This document shows, one piece after another, positions 46,282-54,806 of a DNA stretch of 57,864 bases. Each line of letters starts with the position of its first letter. Within the stretch, counting starts at the first letter, position 1. The stretch comes from an uncultured bacterium (GTDB lineage: Bacteria > Verrucomicrobiota > Kiritimatiellia > RFP12 > UBA1067), in contig CACZHC010000010.1 in NCBI GenBank assembly GCA_902780865.1, forward strand, positions 1-57,864, given 5' to 3'. Below the pieces are notes generated by a model. It saw nothing but the letters and a program-made list of their open reading frames with translations, did no database searches and was not told the origin of the DNA. The position numbers were made by a program, and so were the translations under genes.

Positions 46282-49200
46282 ATGAAACAAATCAATGTCT
46301 TTACGGTCGTTGCCTTCTTTGGTTGCTTTGCCGCAGTCGGAGAAGTCTTTTTCAAGGAAGATTCTGTCGTCCTCCCGACGTATGCGCCGGGTGGATACGA
46401 CAAGACGCCGCTCTTCTACACGGGGCGCGTCTATCAGGGTGCGCAAGGACGCGTCTACCCGTATCCGATGCAGGACGTCCTGCACGATGAGAAGTTCGAC
46501 GAGACGTACAAGTACCTGACGCTCGAGAATGACTGGCTTCAGATGGGGCTTCTTCCCGAGCACGGCGGACATCTCCTCAACTTCACCGACAAAGCGACCG
46601 GTTTTGAGACCTTTTATCGCCAGCATGTCATAAAGCCCGCGCTCATCGGAATGCTCGGCGCGTGGATATCTGGCGGCGTCGAATGGAACTTCCCGCACCA
46701 CCACCGCGCGACGACGGCGATGCCCATCGACTGGCGGGCGGTCGAGAACGCGGACGGATCGAAGACGATCTGGATCGGCGAGACGGAGCTGCCGCCGCCT
46801 TAAATGGACGATTGGCCTCTCGCTTCTCCCCGACCGCGCCGTTTTGAAGGCGGAGAACGTCTTCATGAACCGCCAGCCGTGGATCGAGTCGATGATCTAC
46901 TGGGCGAACGTGTCCGTTCACTGCGGCGACGACTATCAGATTCTCTTCCCGCCGTCCATGCACCTTGGCTTCGACCACCACAAGAACTACTGGACGAGTT
47001 TTCCGATTGGCCCCAGGAAGGAGGAGGTGGAGCTTCTTCCATCTCAGCGCTCGAAGTATGCGGACGACATATCGGGCACGATGGACCTTTCTTGGTGGAA
47101 GAACTTCACCATCGAGTCGCGTTCAATTTTCGGAATGGATCCCGACAACGCGTTCATGGCCGGCTACGATCACAAGAAGCAGTGCGGAACGGCGCATGTC
47201 TCGAACCGCCACATCACGGTCGGCAAGAAATTCTTCCTCTGGGGCAACTTCCCCGAGGCGCACGTGTGGGACAAGGTTCTCACGGACAACGACGGACCCT
47301 ACCTCGAACTGATGGTCGGCTGCTGGTCGGACAACCAGCCGGACTACTCGTGGATCGCGCCGTACGAGACGCGCAAGGTCGAGCAGTTCTGGTTTCCAGT
47401 GAAGGGGATCGGCGGCATCAAGAACGTGACGATCGACGGTGCGGTAAATGTTGACCGTCTCGCAGATGACAAGATGCTCGTCGGTTTCCACTCGACGCGC
47501 GTACTGAAGGATTGCACGATCACTCTCTTCAAGGATCGCGAGGCGGTCTTTACCGAGAAGGGCGTAGCCATCGATCCGAACGCGCCTTGGTGCAAGACGA
47601 TTGCCGCAGAGAAGGGGGTTGCTGACCAGCGCTACACGGCGGCGATAGCAGACGCTTCGGGCAAGGTGTTTCTCTCTTATACTCCAGTTCCGCCGCAGGG
47701 TGATGTAGAACTGCCGCCAAAAGTGGAGAACCCGAAGCCACCGCAGGAATACACGTCCGCCGAACTTGCCTACGAGGTGGGATTGCGCCTCGACCAGTTC
47801 CAGAACGGAATTCTCGATCCCGTGCCGTACTACAAACGCGCACTTGAAATCGACCCCGACTATTCGAAGGCCAATCTTGCAATGGGCGTGCGGTTTGCGA
47901 AGAACGGTAGCTACGCCGAGGCGAAGCCGTATCTTGAAAAGGCGGTTGCGCGCGCAACACAGAACCATACGCGCGCGCTCGACGCTGCGCCAGAATATTA
48001 CCTCGCGCTCGTGGAGCGATATCTTGGCAACCTGAAGCGTGCGGAAGACCTCTTCTGGCGCTGCACATGGCGTCTCACGCACAAGAAGGAATCGTATGTC
48101 GAACTTGCCAGAATTGCCGCGCTCAAAGGCGACTGGCAGGAAGCGCTCGCGCGAATTGACGATGCCCTCGCGCTCGGCCAGGACGAGGCGAAGCTGTGGA
48201 CGATGAAGGGCATCTTCCTGAGGAAGTTGAGAGTTGAAGAGGGAGTTTTCAAAGCATCCAACGTTTACCACTCCTACGCCGTTAAGCTCGACAGAGCGCT
48301 GAAATGTGATCCGATAGAATACTGGGCGGTGGTTGAAAAAGACGGGTTTGAAGCGGCCGAGAAGAACCGCGGGCTCAAGGCGCAGCAGCTCTTGGAGTGC
48401 GTGAGCGACTACTGGGGCATCGGATGCTACGACGAGGTAATCGCGCTCTGCGACGCCGCGCTCGCGAAAGCCGCGGCAGAAAAGCCATACGCGACCGAGG
48501 GCGCCCTGCCGCTCAAGGATACTATTGCCGCCTGCGACAGCTACAAGAACGCGCTCTTCGGCTACTTCAAGGGGGCGGCGATACTGGAAAAGTTGAAAGT
48601 TGAAAGTGAAAAGTTTAAAGTTGAGTGCAGAGTCGACAGCAACTTTAAACTTTCAACTTCAAACTTTAAACTCGCACAAGCGGCGTTTGCCGCCGCTGCG
48701 GCGATGCCCACCGACTACTGCTTCCCGAACCGGCTTGAAGAGGAAGAAGTTCTGAAGATGGCGGCGAAGGCAGCGCCAGACCTTGCGAACACCTGGTACT
48801 ATCTCGGATGCTGCGAATGGAACCACGACCGCAAAGATGCTGGCCTCGCCGACTGGAAGAAATGTGTCGTGCTGTGTGAATCCGCAAATCCTGTCAATCC
48901 TGTTAATCCTGTCAAAAAGACATCTTCCTACGCCCTTGCGCTTCGCTGTATTGGCTTTGCGCTCTCGCATCCCGGCTCGTACTTCACCAACACGGGCATA
49001 CCTTCGGGCGTCGCAAGCCGCGAGGCATACGACTATTACCTGAAGTCTCTCGAAGCCGATTCCGGCAATTTCCGCGCACTCGACGAGGCGGGCAAGCTCG
49101 CCGAGAAGCTGAACCTTCCCGCGGCGGAGCGTCTGGCGCTTATGGAAAAATATCGCGCGACGGTCGACAAGTACGATCCGTGCATCCTGCGCTACGCCTA

Positions 49201-49674
49201 CACGCTGAACGCGGTGGGACGCTACGCGGAGGCGCACGAGATACTGACGACGCGGCGCTTCCACGTGTGGGAGGGTGCAGACGGACTTCTCGCGCCGTTC
49301 GTGGAGTCGTGCCTTGGACTTGGAAAAGCCGCGATGGAGAAGGGCGACTACAAGTCGGCGCTGAAATTCTTCGAGGAGTCGACGACTTATCCCGAAAACC
49401 TCCAGGCGGGGCGTCCGGGCGACGCAGGCACCGAGCCGAAGAGCCGCTACTACATGGCGCAGTGCAAGAAGGCGCTTGGGGACGCGACGCGGAGTGCGCT
49501 CCGCTCATCGCTGAGCTGAAGCAGGCGATAAAGGAACTCGAGACGCCACAGCCGGAAATCATCAACGCCTACGCCAAGTTCGCCGGCGACAACTCGGCGA
49601 TGGAGCGTGCGGCCAAGGCACGCGAGAAGGCCGGCTTCCTCCGTTCGCTCCTCTCCGAGATCGACAGGCAGTAG
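46282..49674 (+). CDS. DUF5107-domain + TPR protein, secreted; two frame breaks (~46792 and ~49485)
   Basis: LPTY, YQGAQGRVYPYP, LENDWL...PEHGG, IKPALIG..GAWISGGVEWNFP.HHR, YWAN, GKKFFLWG, LTDNDGPYLELMVG..SDNQPD, TPRs, FHVWEG; three consecutive frames. Confidence 0.8.
48224..48247 (+). repeat. short degenerate AAGTTGA-family heptamer run, in frame
   Basis: AAGTTGA GAGTTGA AGAGGGA GTT, encoding KLRVEEGV. Confidence 0.4.
48590..48673. repeat. 84-nt in-frame palindromic element: 5x AAGTTGA / 14-nt loop / 5x TCAACTT
   Basis: AAGTTGA AAGTTGA AAGTGAA AAGTTTA AAGTTGA GTGCAGAGTCGACA GCAACTT TAAACTT TCAACTT CAAACTT TAAACTC; encodes KLKVESEKFKVECRVDSNFKLSTSNFKL. Confidence 0.92.
48879..48918 (+). repeat. 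in-frame nonamer array AATCCTGTY x3
   Basis: AATCCGCA AATCCTGTC AATCCTGTT AATCCTGTC AAAAA, encoding ANPVNPVNPVKK. Confidence 0.85.
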
Positions 49675-49703
49675 AGGCGTGGATTGTGGTATAATCAGCG
49701 CTG

Positions 49704-50411
49704 ATGGAAGCATGTAGAGACGGCGGGAGTCTATGGCGGGTCGGCTGGGAGTCCGTAAAGGCGAATCGGCTGCCGATGGTCGTGCTGTGGCTGCTGGCGG
49801 CGGCGTTGGTGGCGGGTTACACCTACGTGCCGTGCGTGCGGGCGGCGCTGCAACCGATCTTCGATTTCCAGACTGGCGGAGGATGGAAGGCGGCGGTTGC
49901 GAACAGAATCGCATTCTGCGGACTTCTCCCCGGCGTGTTTCTGCTTTCAATCCGCTCGATAAGGCCACCGCGCCCTCTGCTGACGGTGTTCGCCAACTGC
50001 GTGTGGATGGGGTCTTGGGGCGTGGCGAGCAATACGTTCTTCACGCTGCAGGCGCAGATGTTCGGCTCGGGGCACGACATTGCGACGCTCGTCGCAAAGG
50101 TGCTTGTCGACAAATGCGTATGGTCCGCGCTTCTCTGCGTTCCGCTCAATTCCGTGTTCTTCTTCTGGGAGGGGCGCGACTTTTCTCTCGCGCGGTGCCG
50201 CGCGGAGTGGCCGCGAAGCTACCTGCGGCAGATTTACCTTCCGATTCTTCTCGCCGATTTTTCCGTCTGGATTCCGGTTCAGTTCGCGGTATACATCTTT
50301 CCGCTGCCGCTCCAGATCCAGCTTGTCGGCTTCGCCGGGGCGTTCTGGTCGCTCGTCGGCCTCTCGTCCGGCATCCGCCTAGCTCGGGTCGGTCCGAAGA
50401 AGACGGGATGA
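49704..50411 (+). CDS. membrane protein, Mpv17/PMP22-like C-terminal half
   Basis: KVLVDKCVWSALL, VWIPVQFAVYIFPLPLQI..GFAGAFWSL resembles Mpv17/PMP22; TGGTATAAT 8 nt before ATG. Confidence 0.65.
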   Translation: MEACRDGGSLWRVGWESVKANRLPMVVLWLLAAALVAGYTYVPCVRAALQPIFDFQTGGGWKAAVANRIAFCGLLPGVFLLSIRSIRPPRPLLTVFANCVWMGSWGVASNTFFTLQAQMFGSGHDIATLVAKVLVDKCVWSALLCVPLNSVFFFWEGRDFSLARCRAEWPRSYLRQIYLPILLADFSVWIPVQFAVYIFPLPLQIQLVGFAGAFWSLVGLSSGIRLARVGPKKTG

Positions 50412-50426
50412 AAGAACCCATCGCTT

Positions 50427-50491
50427 TGCCCGATTGAGCAGTTTTAATTTCCATAATCGGGTATGTTGTGCAGGGGAAGGTTTGGTATAAT
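50427..50491 (+). promoter_or_regulatory. operator copy 2 (TGCCCGATT-N19-AATCGGGTA-TGTT) + TGGTATAAT
   Basis: Half-sites 50427-35 and 50455-63; TATAAT 50486-91 is 22 nt downstream. Confidence 0.8.
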
Positions 50492-50514
50492 ACAAGCAGC
50501 AAAAAGGAGACGAC

Positions 50515-51483
50515 ATGACAAAACACAAGTCTATGGGTATGGGTTTATTTGCGGCTTTCGCGGCCTGTCTTGCTTTTGCGCAGACGGCGCAATGCATGGA
50601 CGTCGTTACGATTGAAGGGTGCGAGCCGTCGCTTCTCCCGCAGGGAAAGAAATTCAAACTTGTCTGGAACGACGAGTTTGACGGCGATCGGCTGGATGCG
50701 TCGAAGTGGAGCTACCGCACCAATTTCTGGGGGCAGCGTGCCTATTGGTTCGCGACGCCCGAGGACAACGCGGTTGAAGTGAAGGACGGGCTTCTTCACT
50801 TGAAGATCGTCAAGAAGGCGGACGGACAGTTCGTGTCGCCGCAGCTCCAGACGGGCGAGCTCGTCTGGGACATTCCCCACGAGGAGAATCCCAAGGGCTT
50901 CTGGCCGCTTCCGAAGCGCGAGAAGGCGAAGTTTATGCACCGCTACGGATACTATGAGTGCCGGTGCCGTCTGCAGCAGATGCCGGGCTGGTGGTCGGCG
51001 TTCTGGATGCAGACGCCCATGCAGGGATGTTCGCTCGATCCGCGAAGAGCGGGGATTGAGCACGATATCATGGAGTCGTTCGATGTCGGAGAGGTGACTC
51101 CTCACTATTTCCACGCAAACGGTTACGGTGCGGACTATCTTGGTTTCTCCGTGCCTAGGCGTTTGAAGGGCGTAGACTCTGACACATTCAGCCGTGAAAA
51201 CTCCGTGAAGCTCGACAAGACGGCGTTTCATGTCTTCGGCATGCTCTGGGAGCCGGACGGTTACACGATTTTCATCGACGGAAGACAGCACGGCCAGAAA
51301 GTCGGACAGGGAGAAGGCGAAGCGGTTTCACAGGTCGAGGAATTCGTCCTTGTTACGACCGAGGCAAAATGGTACCGCAACAACCGCATGACTGGAAAGG
51401 GCGTCCCGGAACTTGACGCGGCAGCTGCGGCGGGCGACGATTTCGTCGTCGACTACGTGCGTGTCTACGACATCGTCGAATAG
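50515..51483 (+). CDS. glycoside hydrolase family 16, secreted
   Basis: KLVWNDEFDG, YGYYECR, WSAFWM, EHDIME (ExDxxE), FHVFGMLW, VDYVRVY; SD AAGGAG. Confidence 0.88.
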   Translation: MTKHKSMGMGLFAAFAACLAFAQTAQCMDVVTIEGCEPSLLPQGKKFKLVWNDEFDGDRLDASKWSYRTNFWGQRAYWFATPEDNAVEVKDGLLHLKIVKKADGQFVSPQLQTGELVWDIPHEENPKGFWPLPKREKAKFMHRYGYYECRCRLQQMPGWWSAFWMQTPMQGCSLDPRRAGIEHDIMESFDVGEVTPHYFHANGYGADYLGFSVPRRLKGVDSDTFSRENSVKLDKTAFHVFGMLWEPDGYTIFIDGRQHGQKVGQGEGEAVSQVEEFVLVTTEAKWYRNNRMTGKGVPELDAAAAAGDDFVVDYVRVYDIVE

Positions 51484-51633
51484 CCGGTTGAGTGTGGTAT
51501 AATTGCACTGACAATGAGAACGACGGCTGTATTTTCGAGGTATTTCAAACGACTGAAAACAAGGTCGACTCGCCTGTTAAAGTTGACATGTCATTTGCGC
51601 ACGCATGGCAGCTCATTTGATATGCTTCAAGGC

Positions 51634-53844
51634 ATGAAGAGAGTAGCAGCATCCGCCTGCGCAGCGATGGCGTTCGCGACCGTCTGGGCAGACACAGGTT
51701 TTTCCGTGGGACGCTGGAACGTCGCCTTTTCCGACGAAGGCGAACGACTCGTCCTGTCCCATGCCGACGGCTTTGCCGAAGTTTCGGGAACGGTTTCGTT
51801 TAAAGGACCGGCCGTCGTCACGGGAGCGGGGGTCGGCGCGGACGGTTCGGCCGCACGCTGGCGCGTCGCCTCGCCACGCGACGGCGCGAAAGAACGTCTT
51901 GCGCTTGTTGACGCGCGGGACAACGTGAACGGCTACATTTCGTTCCAGCCGGACGGCGAGGGCGTTTCGATGCTCGTCTACCATCGCACGGCGTTCGCAT
52001 ACGAAGGGGCGCTCTCGTTCGCCGGAGAAGTCCGCTACCGGGACGACGCGTATCCGTGCCGTCTTTCGCCGATCGCGGGCGACAGGGTGCTTTCCGTCAA
52101 GAGCGGCAACGCCGTCTCAAATCTCGATGACGCGCTTTTCTCGCCATCGGCGGACGAGGCGCTGGAGTTCAAGAGTTTAAAGCTGAAAGAGAAAAGTGGA
52201 AAGTTGTCGGTATCGGCGAAACTCAAGATCGACGACGCGACTGCGAACGCGATGTCAGTCAAGATCGTCAAGGATTGGTACAAGTCGCGCTGGGTGCCGT
52301 ACTGGCGAGCTCCGAACCGCGATCGTTCACCCCATGCGCCCACTGGCTGGCTCAGCTGGAATACTTACTTCGACACAGCCGGCTCAAAGGAGAATCTTGA
52401 CGAGGCGCGTTTTGCCGCGAAGTGGTTCAAGCCGTTTGGGATGGAGATATGGAACATCGAGTCGTGGCAGGACAATTCGCCGAAACTCCCCGTCTCGAAT
52501 TTCCACAACATGAACCTCGAGACGTACAAGACGCAGTTCCCCGAGGGGATGAAGTGGCTCGCGGACGAGATTCGGAAACTCGGTTTCAGACCGGGACTCT
52601 GGATGGCGCCCTATGGAACAGGCAACGACGAATTCTATGCGCGGCACAAAGACTGGTTCCTCCACGACAAGGAAGGAAAGCCCATCCGCTCATGGAACGG
52701 AAAGTATACGCTCGACCCGACTGCGCCAGGTGCGCTTGAGCATTTGACTTCGATATTCGACAGGGCATCGCACGAGTGGGGGTACGAGTTCTTCAAGATC
52801 GACGGAATGTCGGGACGCGGACCCGGCTACTGCGCGCATCTCTACGAGCGGCCCGAAGTGCGCGCGGCGATGCACGACACGTCGTGTCCCAATCCGTTCG
52901 AGCGCACCGTCGCCGCGTACAGGAAGGGCATCGGCGACGACCGCATCTTTCTCGCCTGTCAAGGTCATTTCACGGGTGCGGAGGCGGGTTATGCCGACGC
53001 AAGCCGCACGGGAGCGGACATAGTCCACCCCAACGAACCGGTAAAGTGGGAGAACATCCTTCTTCAGGCGCGCTGCACGGTCAACCAGTTTTTCGCGCAC
53101 GCTAACGTGTTCTGGTCAGACCCAGACTGCATGCTCGTCTCGCAAGGTGCGCTTGCACGCGAACAGGCGCAGGTCGAGGCGACGGTCGTCGCGCTCCCCG
53201 GGCAGCAGACGTTCGCAGGCGACAAGCTCGCTGAACTCGCGCCAGACCGTGTGCGGCTCATCCAGCAGGCGCTTCCCGTGTGCCCGACGCGTCCGGGGAA
53301 GCTCTATCCGATGTTCGGGCACCTGCCGGTCTGGGATCTCCACGTGTCGCGTCCTTTCGGCGACTGGCATGTCGTCGCACTCTTCAACTGGGGCGATGAC
53401 GAGAAAGTCGTTTCCGTCTCGTGGAATGAACTCGGCGAAGACCCAGACAGACGCTTCGTCGCGTGGGAGTTCTGGACGGATACCTACCTTGGAGAGCGGA
53501 AGGGCAGTCTTTCCGCGGCAGTTCCGCCGCGCGGCGTTCGGCTCTTCGCCCTCCAGCCGCTTGCGGACCATCCGCAGTTTCTCACGTCCGATCGTCATCT
53601 GACACAGGGCGCAGTTGGGCTTCTTGGCCAGAAGTGGGATGGATCGCGTCTTGTTGCAAAAGTTGATGCCGTTGGCGGTTTCCCGCAAGTTGCGCGTTTT
53701 GCGGTGCCGAAAGAATGGAAGATCAAAAGTGCAACGGCCAATGGCGTTGGCATCAAGGTGAAAGAGGAGTGTAGCGGAAGGGTGGCTGCCGTGGAGCTTT
53801 CTGTTCCTCGCTCCTGTGTCGTAGACCTTTGCCTTGACTTTTAG
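51634..53844 (+). CDS. clan GH-D (GH36/GH27-like) alpha-galactosidase-like hydrolase, secreted
   Basis: PTGWLSWN, FPEGMKWLAD, PGLWMAP, LDPTAP, FFKIDG, SRTGADI, WSDPD; signal peptide starts at ATG 51634, preceded by TGATATGCT + 7 nt. Confidence 0.8.
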   Translation: MKRVAASACAAMAFATVWADTGFSVGRWNVAFSDEGERLVLSHADGFAEVSGTVSFKGPAVVTGAGVGADGSAARWRVASPRDGAKERLALVDARDNVNGYISFQPDGEGVSMLVYHRTAFAYEGALSFAGEVRYRDDAYPCRLSPIAGDRVLSVKSGNAVSNLDDALFSPSADEALEFKSLKLKEKSGKLSVSAKLKIDDATANAMSVKIVKDWYKSRWVPYWRAPNRDRSPHAPTGWLSWNTYFDTAGSKENLDEARFAAKWFKPFGMEIWNIESWQDNSPKLPVSNFHNMNLETYKTQFPEGMKWLADEIRKLGFRPGLWMAPYGTGNDEFYARHKDWFLHDKEGKPIRSWNGKYTLDPTAPGALEHLTSIFDRASHEWGYEFFKIDGMSGRGPGYCAHLYERPEVRAAMHDTSCPNPFERTVAAYRKGIGDDRIFLACQGHFTGAEAGYADASRTGADIVHPNEPVKWENILLQARCTVNQFFAHANVFWSDPDCMLVSQGALAREQAQVEATVVALPGQQTFAGDKLAELAPDRVRLIQQALPVCPTRPGKLYPMFGHLPVWDLHVSRPFGDWHVVALFNWGDDEKVVSVSWNELGEDPDRRFVAWEFWTDTYLGERKGSLSAAVPPRGVRLFALQPLADHPQFLTSDRHLTQGAVGLLGQKWDGSRLVAKVDAVGGFPQVARFAVPKEWKIKSATANGVGIKVKEECSGRVAAVELSVPRSCVVDLCLDF
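52165..52207 (+). repeat. degenerate in-frame AAGTTGA-family heptamer array
   Basis: GAGTTCA A GAGTTTA AAGCTGA AAGAGAA AAGTGGA AAGTTGT, an A-rich patch encoding EFKSLKLKEKSGKL. Confidence 0.6.
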
Positions 53845-53851
53845 CTACAGC

Positions 53852-54610
53852 TCATGCGAGCGGACGCGCTACCTTGTTTCGGGCGAGGATTGAACTCTTG
53901 CGGTCGTAGACGAGCGCGTTTCCGTCGATGTCGGTGACGATTCCGCCGGCCTCTTCGACGATCAGCGCGCCTGCCGCATAGTCCCAAGGGGAAAGCGACA
54001 GTTCGAAGAACAACTCTGCGCGTCCGGCCGCGACAGAACACATGTCGAGCGCAGCGGATCCTGTTCGCCGGACGTCTACCGATTTTTTGAAATACGAATA
54101 GGCGAGCTTGAAGGAGCGCTCGCTCAATTCCTCGTTGTATGGGGAAGTTCCGAAGATGACAAGTCCGTTTTCAAGCGGTTCTGACGAGACGTGGATTCTC
54201 TGCCCGTTGCAAAAGGCGCCATGCCCGCGTATCGCCGTGAACATCTCGTCAAGGTAGGGGTTGTATATCGCGCCAAGTTCTGCCCTGCCGTCGACGACGA
54301 GCGCGACCGAGATGCTGCTTGCTTGGAAATCCTTTATGAAGTTTGTGGTGCCGTCGATTGGATCTACGATGAAGAACTTTCCTGTTGGCGAGAATTCCTG
54401 TGTCGTGCCTTCTTCGCCTATGAAATGTGCGTCGGGCATTATCTTCAGAAGCCCGGTTCTCAGCCGCTCTTGTACTTTCTTGTCGCAGTCCGTGACGAAA
54501 TTGGCGTGACCGGCTTTCGAGCCGATCTGCAGCGTTGCCCTGTCGATGTCCTTTATGGTTCTGCCACATTCACGCATCAACTCGCATATTGCCTCTATGT
54601 CGTGTTTCAT
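53852..54610 (-). CDS. suhB: inositol monophosphatase family protein
   Basis: FVTDCD, IGEE, VDPIDGTTNF, RRTGSAALD, PWDYAAG. Confidence 0.85.
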   Translation of the reverse strand: MKHDIEAICELMRECGRTIKDIDRATLQIGSKAGHANFVTDCDKKVQERLRTGLLKIMPDAHFIGEEGTTQEFSPTGKFFIVDPIDGTTNFIKDFQASSISVALVVDGRAELGAIYNPYLDEMFTAIRGHGAFCNGQRIHVSSEPLENGLVIFGTSPYNEELSERSFKLAYSYFKKSVDVRRTGSAALDMCSVAAGRAELFFELSLSPWDYAAGALIVEEAGGIVTDIDGNALVYDRKSSILARNKVARPLA

Positions 54611-54718
54611 CTAATTTCCTCATGCTTGCCAGTTTTCACTGCTGCAATAGAATAACATATATTGCCGTTGCTTGCATAGCTTGAGAACCATGAGCCAATG
54701 GTATTTCGACTTTCACAT

Positions 54719-54783
54719 TGCCCGATTGAGTTGTTTTGTCTCGCACAATCGGGTATGTTGCGCGGTTGGGAATATGGTATAAT
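54719..54783 (+). promoter_or_regulatory. operator copy 3 (TGCCCGATT-N19-AATCGGGTA-TGTT) + TGGTATAAT
   Basis: Half-sites 54719-27 and 54747-55; TATAAT 54778-83 is 22 nt downstream; SD AAGGAG before ATG 54807. Confidence 0.8.
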
Positions 54784-54806
54784 GTTGCCAATGTGAAAGG
54801 AGAAAC

